From assembly GCA_000004985.1 (NCBI GenBank), contig GG738878.1: a stretch of DNA of 64,000 nucleotides. One strand, given 5' to 3'. This DNA is from Naegleria gruberi. Lineage: Eukaryota. Below are positions 1 through 10,784 of this stretch, piece after piece. The notes under the pieces were generated by a model. The model saw only the letters and a list, made by a program, of their open reading frames with translations, did not search any database and was not told where the DNA came from. Within the stretch, counting starts at the first letter, position 1. The number at the start of each line of letters is the position of its first letter. The position numbers were made by a program, and so were the translations under genes.

Positions 1-828
1 TACTTTTTTGGATTTTCCACACTTGTATACATTTCATTATTTATTTTCTTTTGTCTAGTTGCTGTCAATGATGCTATTCCAAAATCTGTAATTCCCAATT
101 GGCATCTTTATAGCTTTATTCCTCTGTGGTTTTTCTTTTTATTTGGATTTGGAACTTTGTTCTTTGTATTTTTTATGTATACATCTGCGAGTAGAGATTG
201 TGAGATACTAATACTGGGAGGTGTGATACTGTTGGTTGTTTTTGGTGGTTTGGCTTCTGCAATTTTATCATTTTTGAATGTGGCTGTTCTACCCGTGACG
301 TATAATTATGATCGGTTTTCAGATCAGTATGTTATATCGTGGTTTATTGTACTCATTCCAGCTTATATATTTGCAGTAGTGATGTTTATTGCTCAGTTGG
401 TTGCTGTAGGAATTGTATTGATTGAGGACTGGCTAAATCAAGCAACTGTCAAAAAGAAATGGAAGCATTTTGGAGTGGCAATGTTCTTTTCAACTATGAA
501 CCTTTTAATGATTGCAGGTATTGGAATGGTAGGCATTTCTCTTGAATATCCTACATTCTTTCCAATATATTATCCAGCCATTCCAGCCATTATTGTAGTA
601 TTAGGATTTATCGTTGTGGCTATTAAGGAATTGTGGAAAGATAGAAATAATCAATATTCAAGTGATAAGTACATTTTGAGTTTCGGTTTGGTATTTTTCA
701 TAGCACTGGCTATTAACATTGTCATCATTGGCTTGTATCCATTCTTACTGAGCTACTCGTGGTTCTCTTCTCTCTTACCGCTCACAGCTGCGTATGCCTT
801 TGTTTGTCGTGTGATATATGAAGGTTAA
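1..828 (+). CDS. Multi-pass transmembrane protein of unknown function, 5'-partial at the window edge
   Basis: The reading frame of the 157..828 ORF is open without a stop from nt 1, so the gene continues upstream of the window. The translation is hydrophobic with about 6 predicted TM helices (ILILGGVILLVVFGGLASAIL, VISWFIVLIPAYIFAVVMFIAQLVAVGIVLI, and others). The '157' start in the track is TTG. No recognisable family. Confidence 0.45.
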   Translation, partial: YFFGFSTLVYISLFIFFCLVAVNDAIPKSVIPNWHLYSFIPLWFFFLFGFGTLFFVFFMYTSASRDCEILILGGVILLVVFGGLASAILSFLNVAVLPVTYNYDRFSDQYVISWFIVLIPAYIFAVVMFIAQLVAVGIVLIEDWLNQATVKKKWKHFGVAMFFSTMNLLMIAGIGMVGISLEYPTFFPIYYPAIPAIIVVLGFIVVAIKELWKDRNNQYSSDKYILSFGLVFFIALAINIVIIGLYPFLLSYSWFSSLLPLTAAYAFVCRVIYEG

Positions 829-886
829 TGATAAAATGTATTTAATAATTTACTAATAGCTTAATATTTTCAATCGAAAAAATAAT

Positions 887-2851
887 TTATTCCAATGTAT
901 CATTATTAGAAACCAATTGTCTTTGTACCAATTCCTTATATCTACTACCATTAATCATGAGTTGATCGTGTGTACCCTCCTCCACAACCATACCTCCATC
1001 AATTACATAGATGTTATTGGCATTCTTAATTGTAGAGAGACGATGAGCAATTACCAAAACAGTTCTTCCTTCCATTAATCTTTGAAGAGCTTCCTGAACT
1101 TGATGTTCAGCATTGGAATCAAGGGCAGAGGTGGCTTCGTCCAAAATAAGAATCCTTGCTTGTTTCAATATGGCTCTAGCAATGGCAATTCTCTGCTTTT
1201 GTCCACCACTCAATTTAATACCTCTTTCACCGACAGGTGTATCATAACCTTCCGAGAATCCCATAATAAACTCGTGAGCATTGGCCTTAGTTGCAGCATC
1301 AATAATTTCTTCATTGGTTGGAGGAGTGCTTGATTCCCAACCATAACAAATATTCTCTCTAATACTGCAAGAGAACAGAGATGGTTCCTGTTGCACAACA
1401 GCAATATTCTTTCTCAATTCTTTTGGACTGAGTTCTCTAATTGACTTTCCATCAACTAAAATATCACCCTCATTAGGATCATAGAAACGTTGTAATAATG
1501 AGCTAATGGTTGATTTACCATTTCCACTCTTTCCAACCAGAGCATTTACTGTGGAAGGTAACATTTCAATATTAACACCCTTCAAAACAGTTTGTTCAGG
1601 TCGAGATGGATAGGCAAATTGCACATTTCTAAACTCTACATGACCAGAAACTGGTTGATTAGATTCATCCATATCATAATCCATAGTTTGTGCTGATTTT
1701 CCTTGTCTCTTTTCAATTACTGGCACTTGTTTCAATAATTCGTGAACTCTTGCAGTAGCACCAACAGCCTTAACTAATTCGAATAGAACAGAAGAAACAA
1801 CTCCTAAACTAGTGGCCACATAGAATGTATAAATAATAAAGCTGGTCAATAATCCAATTGTAATTTCCTTTTTCAAAACCAATGAACCTCCATACCACAA
1901 AACCAGAATAATACTAGCTGTTGCACAGAAGGTCATTGTACCATTGAAAAATCCACTGCTCACTGAAAGTTTTCTTGCCAATTTCAAAGTGTCATCAATT
2001 GAAACATTGTACTGAGAAACGTGAGTATATTCCTTTGAAAAACTTCTTACAGTTCTCAAATTTGAAAATGATTCCTCAGCAACTTCACTAGATTTAGCCA
2101 ACGCATCTTGAACTTGTTTTGATAATCTCTTTACAATTTTACCATAAATAATTGCACCGAATATAATTGGTGGAATTACTGACATGGTTACCAAAGTTAA
2201 TTTCCAACTTGTGTAAAATAAAAAGAAAACTCCACCAATTGCCTGTAAAACATTTCTCATAAAAAGAAATAGATTTGATGTTACAGCAGCTTCAAGAGAC
2301 TTCGTATCAGAACTCAATCTATTAAGTAATTCACCTGTTTTAGTGGAATCGAAAAAGCTCACATCCTGAATAATCATTGTCTCAAATAATTCCTTTCTCA
2401 ATCCAGCCACAACTCTCTCACCTGCAAATGAAAAGCAAAAGTGTTTAATTGCTGTTGTAATGGCAATTCCAAAAACTGCCAATAACAAGTAAAGAGCTGC
2501 AGTGTTCAAATATTTTTCTCCCTTCTCATCGCCATCTTCAGATGTCAATGCTTGTGGAATGACATCAACAAGGTTTGTCAAGAATAATGGTAAAACAAGT
2601 CCTAAAACTGTACTGATCAACATGGCAACCGTTCCTACCAATAGCAAATGCCATTGAGTGAATCCTAAACCGAGTAACCATTTTAATTGTGAAAGTGAAG
2701 ATCCTCGGAAGAAATTACTAATAAATTTAAGTGGTGATCTTGATGTTGGAATTGTTGGTGATGAAGAGTTATCTTTTTCATGGAGGTTGATATTTTCATT
2801 TGTTCCTTCATTGTTATTATCATCGTCTTCGGAGAGGTGTTGTGGAGGCAT
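887..2851 (-). CDS. ABC transporter, B-family half-transporter (N-terminal TMD + C-terminal NBD)
   Basis: 654-aa ORF. The N-terminal half has six hydrophobic helices typical of an ABCB TMD. The C-terminal half has Walker A (GKSGNGKST), ABC signature (LSGGQKQRIAIARA), Walker B (ILILDEATSALD) and H-loop (VIAHRLSTI). There is an in-frame stop just upstream of the ATG. Confidence 0.85.
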   Translation of the reverse strand: MPPQHLSEDDDNNNEGTNENINLHEKDNSSSPTIPTSRSPLKFISNFFRGSSLSQLKWLLGLGFTQWHLLLVGTVAMLISTVLGLVLPLFLTNLVDVIPQALTSEDGDEKGEKYLNTAALYLLLAVFGIAITTAIKHFCFSFAGERVVAGLRKELFETMIIQDVSFFDSTKTGELLNRLSSDTKSLEAAVTSNLFLFMRNVLQAIGGVFFLFYTSWKLTLVTMSVIPPIIFGAIIYGKIVKRLSKQVQDALAKSSEVAEESFSNLRTVRSFSKEYTHVSQYNVSIDDTLKLARKLSVSSGFFNGTMTFCATASIILVLWYGGSLVLKKEITIGLLTSFIIYTFYVATSLGVVSSVLFELVKAVGATARVHELLKQVPVIEKRQGKSAQTMDYDMDESNQPVSGHVEFRNVQFAYPSRPEQTVLKGVNIEMLPSTVNALVGKSGNGKSTISSLLQRFYDPNEGDILVDGKSIRELSPKELRKNIAVVQQEPSLFSCSIRENICYGWESSTPPTNEEIIDAATKANAHEFIMGFSEGYDTPVGERGIKLSGGQKQRIAIARAILKQARILILDEATSALDSNAEHQVQEALQRLMEGRTVLVIAHRLSTIKNANNIYVIDGGMVVEEGTHDQLMINGSRYKELVQRQLVSNNDTLE

Positions 2852-3059
2852 TTGTTTACGTATTCTAATTGAAACGAGTTGGGATTTATGCGATATTAAT
2901 AGAAGAATGCCGCACTAGAGGAACTTTTGCTACAGTCCGCTAATTGTACACCATCCAATAGAAAATCGAATGAGCACGAATTCTAATTGGTTCAGAATGT
3001 TGAAGAGGACAAAAACACATTGTTAAATTGAACCAACACGTATTAAAAAATTAGAGGAC

Positions 3060-4810
3060 TTAGAATTTATTTCGTTGAGCGAATTCAAATTGATAGGTTG
3101 TCATCATGTTTGAACCTGGTTGTTTTGTTGGTTGTGGTGTTGTGTTTAAATTTTTTCCAGATCTAGCGAGTGGTTGTTGTGAGGTTGATATCATATTCTT
3201 TCCAATAGTTATTGAGGAATTCATCTTAGGGGCGTCATCAGTTGGTCTTGATCCTCTGGAAGAACACAGTCCAACTCTGAGGTTATCTTCCAATGGCTGA
3301 ATATCAAATGTATTAGGGCTAAACACTTCAAATCTAAATTCTCCTTTTCTATTTGAATACATTGTACATGGAGTAATAACATATTCTCCTTGGTCCAAAT
3401 CAAGCTCAATAGAATTGTATCTAGCATAGACAGGATATTGGAGTAAAGCATTTGGAGAGTTATCAGTTGGAAGAATCTTGTAATTACTATCAGTTCCCTT
3501 ATATACAGCAAATCCAATACCTGATCTATAGTATTGAGCATCAGCATCTTGTGACAAGTATGGACGATAAATAATCAAGAAGAATCTTCCACTCTTTTGC
3601 ACTGTTAAACGGAAATGAGGATTCTTTGCAAAAGCCATATTATTCATCATTCCTCCAGCGCATTCGTTATCCCAAGCACCTTCAACTCTCTTTCTATTCC
3701 AATTTGCATAAGGGAAGGTAAGATTATTCTTCAAATTTGCTTTCAACTTTGATTCCATTGGGAAAGAGAAAATTGAGTCATTTAGCAATCTGCAACAAGT
3801 AATCTTGTCATAATAGGTGCAAAAGTCTTTGAATTCCATCCAGAAAATACCGTCATCCTTTGTATCGGCACCCATTTCCTTTCTATATTGGAAAGTCCAA
3901 TTACGAGAAGCATCACTCCAAGGACCCTTCCATTCAAATTGACCCCACGGATTTCTCAATTTTATCAATTTGAATTTCTTGTCACTAGTTTCTCTAACAT
4001 CAAGGATGGCATAGGCGTGGCCAGCAACCAAACCCTTAGATTCATCTGTTGTTTGTCCTCTTGAAGAAGAGATACCAGTTCCCATCAAGACATTCTCAGT
4101 ACTGTATTGAACAAGCTTATCCCACAAACGATCCTTTCTCCATGGTTGCTTACCTGGATTTTGTGACCAGTTATTGACATAGAGTCTTTCAGGTCTTCCT
4201 CCAGTGAGCATTACAACACCTTCTTCAAGATAACCACCATCAAGAGCTTCATAAGATCCCAACAATTTGGCAAGAGCCTTTTCAAGAATGCAAACCCAGA
4301 TTTCATTCTTTAATGTATTGTGACCGAATGCAGGAAGTCCATCCTTACCACACGGAATTCTGTCATCAATAGTAACTGTCTTCCATTCATGTTGATAGTA
4401 AAATCTGACAGTATATCTTCCTTCAGCTTCGTTAGCTTCAACAAAAAGTCTTTGAAGAACATCAGGAATTACAGAAACTACAGTTAAGGCTGACAACCAC
4501 CAACAATCACCTAATTAATTTTTTAAATAAATCGGGATGAAAGCAAAAAACATACCTAATTGCCCTTGTTCAACATCACCAGGATTAGTTGAGTCAACAA
4601 ACAAGGAAGGAGTTCTTGTCCATTGGCTCGGTCTTTTCCATGATGTTACGGAAGCAACAAATTCAGGAACAGTTCCATCAGGCTAATACAAGTTGTTTAA
4701 AAAATACAATAAATTATCATCAATAAGACCGTTATGATTCCTACTCGTCAACTTACATCATAGCAGAGAGAAGATTTATCTGCTGGAAAAACGTCGTCAA
4801 TGTAAGGCAT
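3060..4810 (-). CDS. Calpain-like cysteine protease (catalytic CysPc domain), three exons
   Basis: Exons are ~4810..4757, ~4682..4556 and ~4510..3060 (about 544 aa). The introns are gtaagt...tattag (~74 nt) and gtatgt...ttaattag (~46 nt). The second intron splits the calpain active-site motif QGQLG|DCWWLSAL. Downstream is the conserved block EIWVCILEKALAKLLGSYEALDGGYLEEGVVMLTGG and the His/Asn region (GLVAGHAYAILDV...NPWG). No EF-hand domain IV follows the catalytic domain. Confidence 0.8.
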
Positions 4811-5613
4811 TATTTTTTTTGATTTGATTTTTTTAAAGTTGCTACCAAACTGTAATTTTGATTTTAAAAATGGCGCCTTTTAATTGGCGGTTATGAACTT
4901 GACCATCAGCAATAGAAATTCCCTTATCATTCTCTATCCCTTATCCATAGAGAAACAGTAAGATTCAATATTGGTCATTGAGAAAGATGATACTTGAATA
5001 TTTCGATAATAACAAAGTAAAGTATAACACCTCCACCTCACTATTTGAACAAATATAAGGTGTTGAACCAACCCATTCCAATATTTACTCGCTATTCAAG
5101 AGCAGAAACTACATTGCTTAATGGTTGATGATGTGTTTATTGAAGAAATTTCTCGGTTTTCATCATTAATATAATTAATATTCAGTTCAAATTCCATCCA
5201 ACAATGAAGATATTTTATTATTAAAACGACAGTATTATTTTATTGAACATTAATCAATAATATGGGCCATATACAAACCAACAAATAATCAACGACCTAA
5301 TTGTTGGCCTATTACGGAAGCTTCACAAAATACCCATTGTAAAATAACAAAAACACTTTACAACAAAATTTGTTCGCGTTTGGCAATTTTCGTCATCACA
5401 CACCAGCTAATAACTCACTCTCTTCACATAAAAATTTTTTTGTAAAACTTTACGCATTTCAAACAAAAAGAGCAAAAGGCCAGCGCCAAATCTATTGTTC
5501 CCGAAGAAGAAACATTATTGTTCTCTCTCACACATAGTGTTGTTCATCAAACTACACACCCAACATCTCTTACAGTTTCACCCCAAGTTTGAAGTGTTGA
5601 TGAAGAATTTAAT

Positions 5614-8283
5614 ATGCTTCTCTCTACTTCCAACCCTACACCATCATCACAAGTGACGGTGAAAAAGAGTGGTGAAAATATGTTGTTCAACAATTCAACC
5701 TTCACCAACAACAGCAGCAATACCCCAAACTCTTCAGAAGAGCAAAAAAGTAGTACTAGCCATGTGATTTCATCCTCTTTATCACCTCTTGCACTCCAAC
5801 CAATAACTACAACACCCAACCATCAATCAAAGCCTATGTCTATGGAGGTTTTGTCATCTTCTTATCCACAACAACATGAATCAAAGCCTTCTTCCGATAG
5901 TATCATACCACCACCAAGAATGCAACCTCCAACAACAACAAACTTTCCCATCATTACAAGCTCTAACCCATCTATTCGTTCCACAACAACAGGTCATCCA
6001 ACTTTTCACAGTTCTTTCCCTATTATGACCAATAACTTTTTGGCTCCTCCTCTCTTCTCTTCTTCAAAAATTCATTCTACTAGTTCCGTTCCAACTATTA
6101 CCACCTTACAAAGCTCTTCTGTGAGTCCAAATTCACTAATTTCCTCTATCAATAATACACCAACAAAATCTAGTTTGGATAATGTACCAAAGCCTGTACC
6201 AACTGCTTCCTCAATTCTTGCACCATCACTTTCTCTCATTGAAACAGAGTCTATTTCACCTCAACCTATTAGAGTTTCAACAATTTTGTCCAGTTTTAAT
6301 ACCCCATCCGATTCAAGTAAATCAGCAATAGGTAATAGTAACAATAGTTCAAACTCTCAAACAGAGTCTGTTTCCACAACTACTACTCCAAAGATTACAC
6401 GTGTAAGGAAACTCACACCAAGAAGAGTTCCTGACCTTCCTCTGCAGCAGGAGCAACAAGCTGGTACAACAAAACAAGCAAGTGAGCCAACAACACCAAC
6501 CAAGGAACAACCTACAAGAACAGAAGCTGAATCAAACCCTTTCACTACACTTTATTCTAAACCTCTTTCCTCCTTTCCACTTCATCATCCTTCTTCCTCA
6601 ATGAGTGGCAGCAGTTTTTCACCATTTCCTCCTCCAACATCACATTCCAGATTAGTGAGTCCTTCAACGCCATCACCAATAAGCCTTTGGCCAAGCACTA
6701 CTGTTACAACTAGCACTTCGGCAACACCTAATAAGCATATAGTCCCTCCTCCACTATTACCACCTCTTAATGTTTCTCCTCCCAACACAAAGAAGAGAAG
6801 AACCAATAGCCAAGAAAGCGTAGGAGCCAGTCTTCAGCCATTAACACCATTAACACCACCAACACCATCAGCTCAATTTCCATTCCCTTCAGTTAGATTG
6901 TCAAGTGCTACACCACCACCAGGATATGTTCCTCCTCCTCCTTTCCCTATTTCATCAGCTTCACTTATTCCAGTAGTAAAATCAAATGTGATTGGACCTC
7001 CTGAAAGAAAGGTTTCTAGCAATACTCCACCGCCAGAGGCAAAACCAAAGAAAAAGGAAAATATGGTTGGTTGTAACAGTATCAGAATACCATTCAGATC
7101 TTGGATGAAGACTCTTGATACTCTATCAGCACCAAGCCTTAGAGCTGTACAGGAACGAGTCACCCAATTGTTGGAAAAGAAGGAAGAAGAAAAGAAGAAG
7201 AATCTACTAGCAAAGCAACAGAAACAAGAAACATCCTCTTCTTCAAATCGAACAACCAAATTGAGTTGTAGTAACGATACTTTGTCATTACTCTCTACAG
7301 ACTTATCTAGTATTGATACGCTTGCTATTCTTGCATTGGCTGATTCACCTCCTTCTCCTACTTTGGCTAAATCTAGTGAACTGATATCTGAATCTGTTGA
7401 ACTATTCTCTAAAAGTCCAGATAAATCAATGATGATTGAATCTGATGATTCTGAGGAGGAATCTGAGGAAGAAATTGATATTAATCTCAAGATTGCTCAA
7501 GCTGAACCTTTTGTTAGAGAATATTCTGGTAATGGATTTATCTATCCTGGTAGAAGGGGAGCCAAGTCACAACGAGTGAGACTACCAATTTGTTTCTACC
7601 CAAGCATGAAAAGTGTTTTAGCCTCAGAAAGCAGCGCTGAAACATTTGTTGAAGGTGAAGATTCTATCAATCCTGTCATTGATTTGGAGCATCATTTGGA
7701 ATTTTTCATTGACGATTCTGACAGAAAGTTGTATAACTCTATTAGGGGATTGCATCTCGTGCTGCTCAAGAGGATCAGTAAGACTGTCTATATTGAGGAG
7801 AGTAGTGTACTCGTTCAAAGAAGTTCTAGATCAGATGATGGTGGATATAACTTTTCCATTATCAATCAAACAAGTCTCCACCCTCCTTTACCAGGACAAA
7901 GACAAGCCGACTATTCTCTTCTCCTTGTTGAACCAAGAGGTAAACGTAGGAATGCTCAAGATGTCGATAAGGTCAATAGATATTGTGAAATTATTCATGA
8001 ACAAGGCAATCAATGCAAGATTCGTGTTGGATTTAGAATTTGTAAAGCTCAAAAGAAAAAGCATACTAAAGGTGTTTACTTGTTGAGACTAGTAGCTTGT
8101 ATATCCGATGAAGCAGAGATTAAATTTGATTCCTCAAATCAACCAATTAATGGTGTTATGAAAGTATTGGAAGAAAGTGAACTATTCAAGATTGTATCTC
8201 GAAGAGTTACTGCTAACAGTAAGCCAACAGCAAGTCTCAAACGGAAGATGGATGATGATGAAGTAGATTCATCTTCTGAATAA
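5614..8283 (+). CDS. Ser/Thr/Pro-rich low-complexity protein with an acidic stretch and a basic, more complex C-terminal region (about 7440-8283); function unknown
   Basis: 889-aa ATG-initiated ORF. The N-terminal 600 aa are almost entirely S/T/P/N repeats. The C-terminal ~270 aa (GFIYPGRRGAKSQRVRLPICFYP...KIRVGFRICKAQKKKHTKGVYLLRLV) have normal complexity and are basic, which could suggest nucleic-acid binding. No motif confidently recognised. Confidence 0.5.
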   Translation: MLLSTSNPTPSSQVTVKKSGENMLFNNSTFTNNSSNTPNSSEEQKSSTSHVISSSLSPLALQPITTTPNHQSKPMSMEVLSSSYPQQHESKPSSDSIIPPPRMQPPTTTNFPIITSSNPSIRSTTTGHPTFHSSFPIMTNNFLAPPLFSSSKIHSTSSVPTITTLQSSSVSPNSLISSINNTPTKSSLDNVPKPVPTASSILAPSLSLIETESISPQPIRVSTILSSFNTPSDSSKSAIGNSNNSSNSQTESVSTTTTPKITRVRKLTPRRVPDLPLQQEQQAGTTKQASEPTTPTKEQPTRTEAESNPFTTLYSKPLSSFPLHHPSSSMSGSSFSPFPPPTSHSRLVSPSTPSPISLWPSTTVTTSTSATPNKHIVPPPLLPPLNVSPPNTKKRRTNSQESVGASLQPLTPLTPPTPSAQFPFPSVRLSSATPPPGYVPPPPFPISSASLIPVVKSNVIGPPERKVSSNTPPPEAKPKKKENMVGCNSIRIPFRSWMKTLDTLSAPSLRAVQERVTQLLEKKEEEKKKNLLAKQQKQETSSSSNRTTKLSCSNDTLSLLSTDLSSIDTLAILALADSPPSPTLAKSSELISESVELFSKSPDKSMMIESDDSEEESEEEIDINLKIAQAEPFVREYSGNGFIYPGRRGAKSQRVRLPICFYPSMKSVLASESSAETFVEGEDSINPVIDLEHHLEFFIDDSDRKLYNSIRGLHLVLLKRISKTVYIEESSVLVQRSSRSDDGGYNFSIINQTSLHPPLPGQRQADYSLLLVEPRGKRRNAQDVDKVNRYCEIIHEQGNQCKIRVGFRICKAQKKKHTKGVYLLRLVACISDEAEIKFDSSNQPINGVMKVLEESELFKIVSRRVTANSKPTASLKRKMDDDEVDSSSE

Positions 8284-8379
8284 ATCATCTCTGTACATTT
8301 GTAACGGTAATAATAATAGATTGTTCAAACTGTTTTAAACCGCCTACATAATTTACAGTAATTAAATCAACTTAAAAAA

Positions 8380-8685
8380 ATGAGTAGAAAGCAAGGTATT
8401 GAACCAAAATTCATTGTCGATGATAGAGGACATATCATTGATAAGGAGAAACATGCAAAGCCCGGAACTTCATTCCCTCAAACTACTGGCCAACCACTTG
8501 CTCAATCAAGCTTTTCCTTTACTCCAGTCGGCTATCAAGGTTATGGCGTGAGACCAAATCATGTTATTCTTGGAACAAGACCTCAAGTTGGTGAGACTAA
8601 TCCTCAAGCCCACCACTTTCTCCACAAACATGAAAACAACAAGACATTTGGTTATTCCACTGCCAAGTTAAATTCTTTGAAATAA
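8380..8685 (+). CDS. Small hypothetical ORF (101 aa)
   Basis: ATG-initiated ORF in an intergenic gap, moderately complex sequence with no motif. It could also be UTR. Confidence 0.2.
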   Translation: MSRKQGIEPKFIVDDRGHIIDKEKHAKPGTSFPQTTGQPLAQSSFSFTPVGYQGYGVRPNHVILGTRPQVGETNPQAHHFLHKHENNKTFGYSTAKLNSLK

Positions 8686-8961
8686 TTATTTTGATATCAT
8701 TCAATACGGAATCACATTAATTTGAAGAGACAATAATATCAAATAGTATATTGAAAATTATTTAAATTTACTCATCACACCACCTAGGAAATTGTAGATA
8801 TTGTAAATAAAATTCTCACTACTTCATGATGAGTAATGAGAATGAATAACCCATGAATAGTTACTTTCGCATTTTCAACAATCGGTGTTTATTACCAAGA
8901 AAGTACTGGCCATGACAGAATATCCACACTAAAAAAAACAAAGAAGAAACACTCTGAGATC

Positions 8962-10767
8962 ATGCTTTCTCTAGATTCACCCAAACATCAGCAACAACAC
9001 CATGATGATATCTATCTGCAGGATTTCAACAATGATGGCGAACATTATTCGAATAATAGAAATCATCATCAACAACAATTTTATTACAATTCACCTCCCA
9101 TTACAACAACAAATATTCTCAACGAGTCGACAAGTAGTGTTGCCTCTAATTTAATAACATCATCACCCGATCACAATAATTTAAATGATGGAATAAGTGG
9201 CAGATTTTCCAACAAATCAAATTCCTCCTCTCAACAAGCTTTATTTTCCTCATCACCCCAAAACAATAAGAATAGAAAAAACAATTCAAAACAACAATCA
9301 ACGAAAGAATTTAAGGATCGTTTACTAAATTTAAAAGCAGCAGAATCCAAAGATCAACCCAGTGAAATTTATAGGAATCTCACAAAGCGAGAGAGGTTTA
9401 ATATAACGTGTTGTGGAGTGGTTGTGGCAGGTGTGGTGGTGATTGTCTTGACAATACTGACTGTATTTGTAGTTTATTATTTGGAGGTGTATCGGATTGA
9501 TTCGAATAGGAGGATGGGTTATGAGAAAGTGGAACTTGCTGAGAGAAATATTGGTAAACAACTTACAAAAACATTTAATTCATTGTTGGTAATGAGGGAT
9601 CAAGCGCAGAATTGGAATTATTCAATTAGTTTGGAAAAGTTTAATGGACTTTCGGCTAGATTAGCTTGGGGACATCATGAAGTTTACAATTTCGAATATG
9701 CAATTGGAGAAAATGCATCACTGGATTATGTCTATCCTCCAGTGGATGCTGTTTATGGATTACAAATGGGAGCTGACTCATCAACTCACAAATCAGCCAT
9801 GAATGAAGCCATCCAAAAAAACGAAACTACAATTTTTGGACCTATTTCACTAATTGAGGGTGGAGTAGCTGTCATTGCTCAACATCCAATATTTTATTTG
9901 AATGGAAGTTTTTTTGGATTTGCTGTCGAGCTCTGTAGAGTTGACCAATTATTCAATTCGATTAATTTTACAGGACTTTTACAAGGTTATCAATATCAAT
10001 TATTTGATTATTATAGAAATTCTGTGTTTTTACAAAGTTTGGATGGACATTCAGAGTTTGAACCAACGATTGAAAGAAATGTTTCAATCATTTCTGATAG
10101 TATTTATGCGAATATTTCAGTTTATAATTGTAGATGGAAGATTATTCTTCGACCTGTCAATGGATGGGACTCTAATTCAATTTTGTGGCTTGAGATATTG
10201 ATTGCCTTACTGATTATTTTTTTACCGTCCATAACTATTGGTGTTTTGGCATCAGTTGTTGTTAATTCATGTAATTGGTTAGGTAATCATGGAAAGGTGG
10301 CGGATGTTTTGGATAAAGTCAGAAATCAACACGTAAAAAAAGAGCAGAAAAAGGCCATGCTTAAGGAGGATTGGGAAGCATGTTGTGAGTGTTTTAATGA
10401 GAGAACTGACAAGATTCAAAGAATTGTTAATCATTTACCAATGGCTGCAATTTCAGCCTCTCTGGATGGAAAAATTTATTCTGTGAATGCGGCCTTGACG
10501 AAATATTTTGGCTATGATTCGAATAGAATCCTAGAAATTAAGCTCAATGATATGTTTGTGGATTTTAATATTAAGGAAATATATAATAATCGAAAGGGAA
10601 AAGGCCATTTCACACACTCGGCAACAATCATGTCAACAAATCAAGAAGCACACCAAGTAATAATTAATATTTTATTTAGCGAGAATTCTAAGGAAGTATC
10701 AGTTCTGATTTTCATTCCTTGCTTGGACAAGGGGGAAAAAAGTACAAGTTTGGAAACAGTTGATTAA
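8962..10767 (+). CDS. Membrane protein with CHASE-like extracellular sensor domain and cytoplasmic PAS-like domain; no output domain detected
   Basis: 601 aa. N-terminal N/Q/S-rich tail, then a TM helix (ITCCGVVVAGVVVIVLTILTVFVVYYL). A ~230-aa extracytoplasmic region follows, with CHASE-like hallmarks (FGPISLIEGGVAVIAQHPIFY, N-glycosylation sites). Then a second TM (ILWLEILIALLIIFLPSITIGVLASVVV) and a PAS-like segment (LPMAAISASLDGKIYSVNAALTKYFGYDSNRILEIKLNDMF). The domain calls come from motif memory, not a search. Confidence 0.5.
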   Translation: MLSLDSPKHQQQHHDDIYLQDFNNDGEHYSNNRNHHQQQFYYNSPPITTTNILNESTSSVASNLITSSPDHNNLNDGISGRFSNKSNSSSQQALFSSSPQNNKNRKNNSKQQSTKEFKDRLLNLKAAESKDQPSEIYRNLTKRERFNITCCGVVVAGVVVIVLTILTVFVVYYLEVYRIDSNRRMGYEKVELAERNIGKQLTKTFNSLLVMRDQAQNWNYSISLEKFNGLSARLAWGHHEVYNFEYAIGENASLDYVYPPVDAVYGLQMGADSSTHKSAMNEAIQKNETTIFGPISLIEGGVAVIAQHPIFYLNGSFFGFAVELCRVDQLFNSINFTGLLQGYQYQLFDYYRNSVFLQSLDGHSEFEPTIERNVSIISDSIYANISVYNCRWKIILRPVNGWDSNSILWLEILIALLIIFLPSITIGVLASVVVNSCNWLGNHGKVADVLDKVRNQHVKKEQKKAMLKEDWEACCECFNERTDKIQRIVNHLPMAAISASLDGKIYSVNAALTKYFGYDSNRILEIKLNDMFVDFNIKEIYNNRKGKGHFTHSATIMSTNQEAHQVIINILFSENSKEVSVLIFIPCLDKGEKSTSLETVD

Positions 10768-10784
10768 TTCAATTACAAACTTAT

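Noticed and set aside
157-828. Track start codons shown as 'M' at 157, 33546, 40657, 54517 and 62196.
   Set aside because: The underlying codons are TTG or GTG. The track uses a permissive start table that does not suit a eukaryote, so genes were re-anchored to ATG or to splice acceptors.
1082-1404. Small ORFs on the opposite strand inside the ABC transporter gene (1082..1333 +, 1210..1404 -). The same applies to many 60-150-aa ORFs embedded antisense in large genes, e.g. 6357..7490 -, 7646..8086 +, 12150..12736, 22111..22764, 34115..34483, 46879..47698, 51876..52418.
   Set aside because: They lie entirely within, and antisense or out of frame to, long well-supported coding regions. They have low-complexity or odd composition and no independent start context. 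These are typical shadow ORFs.
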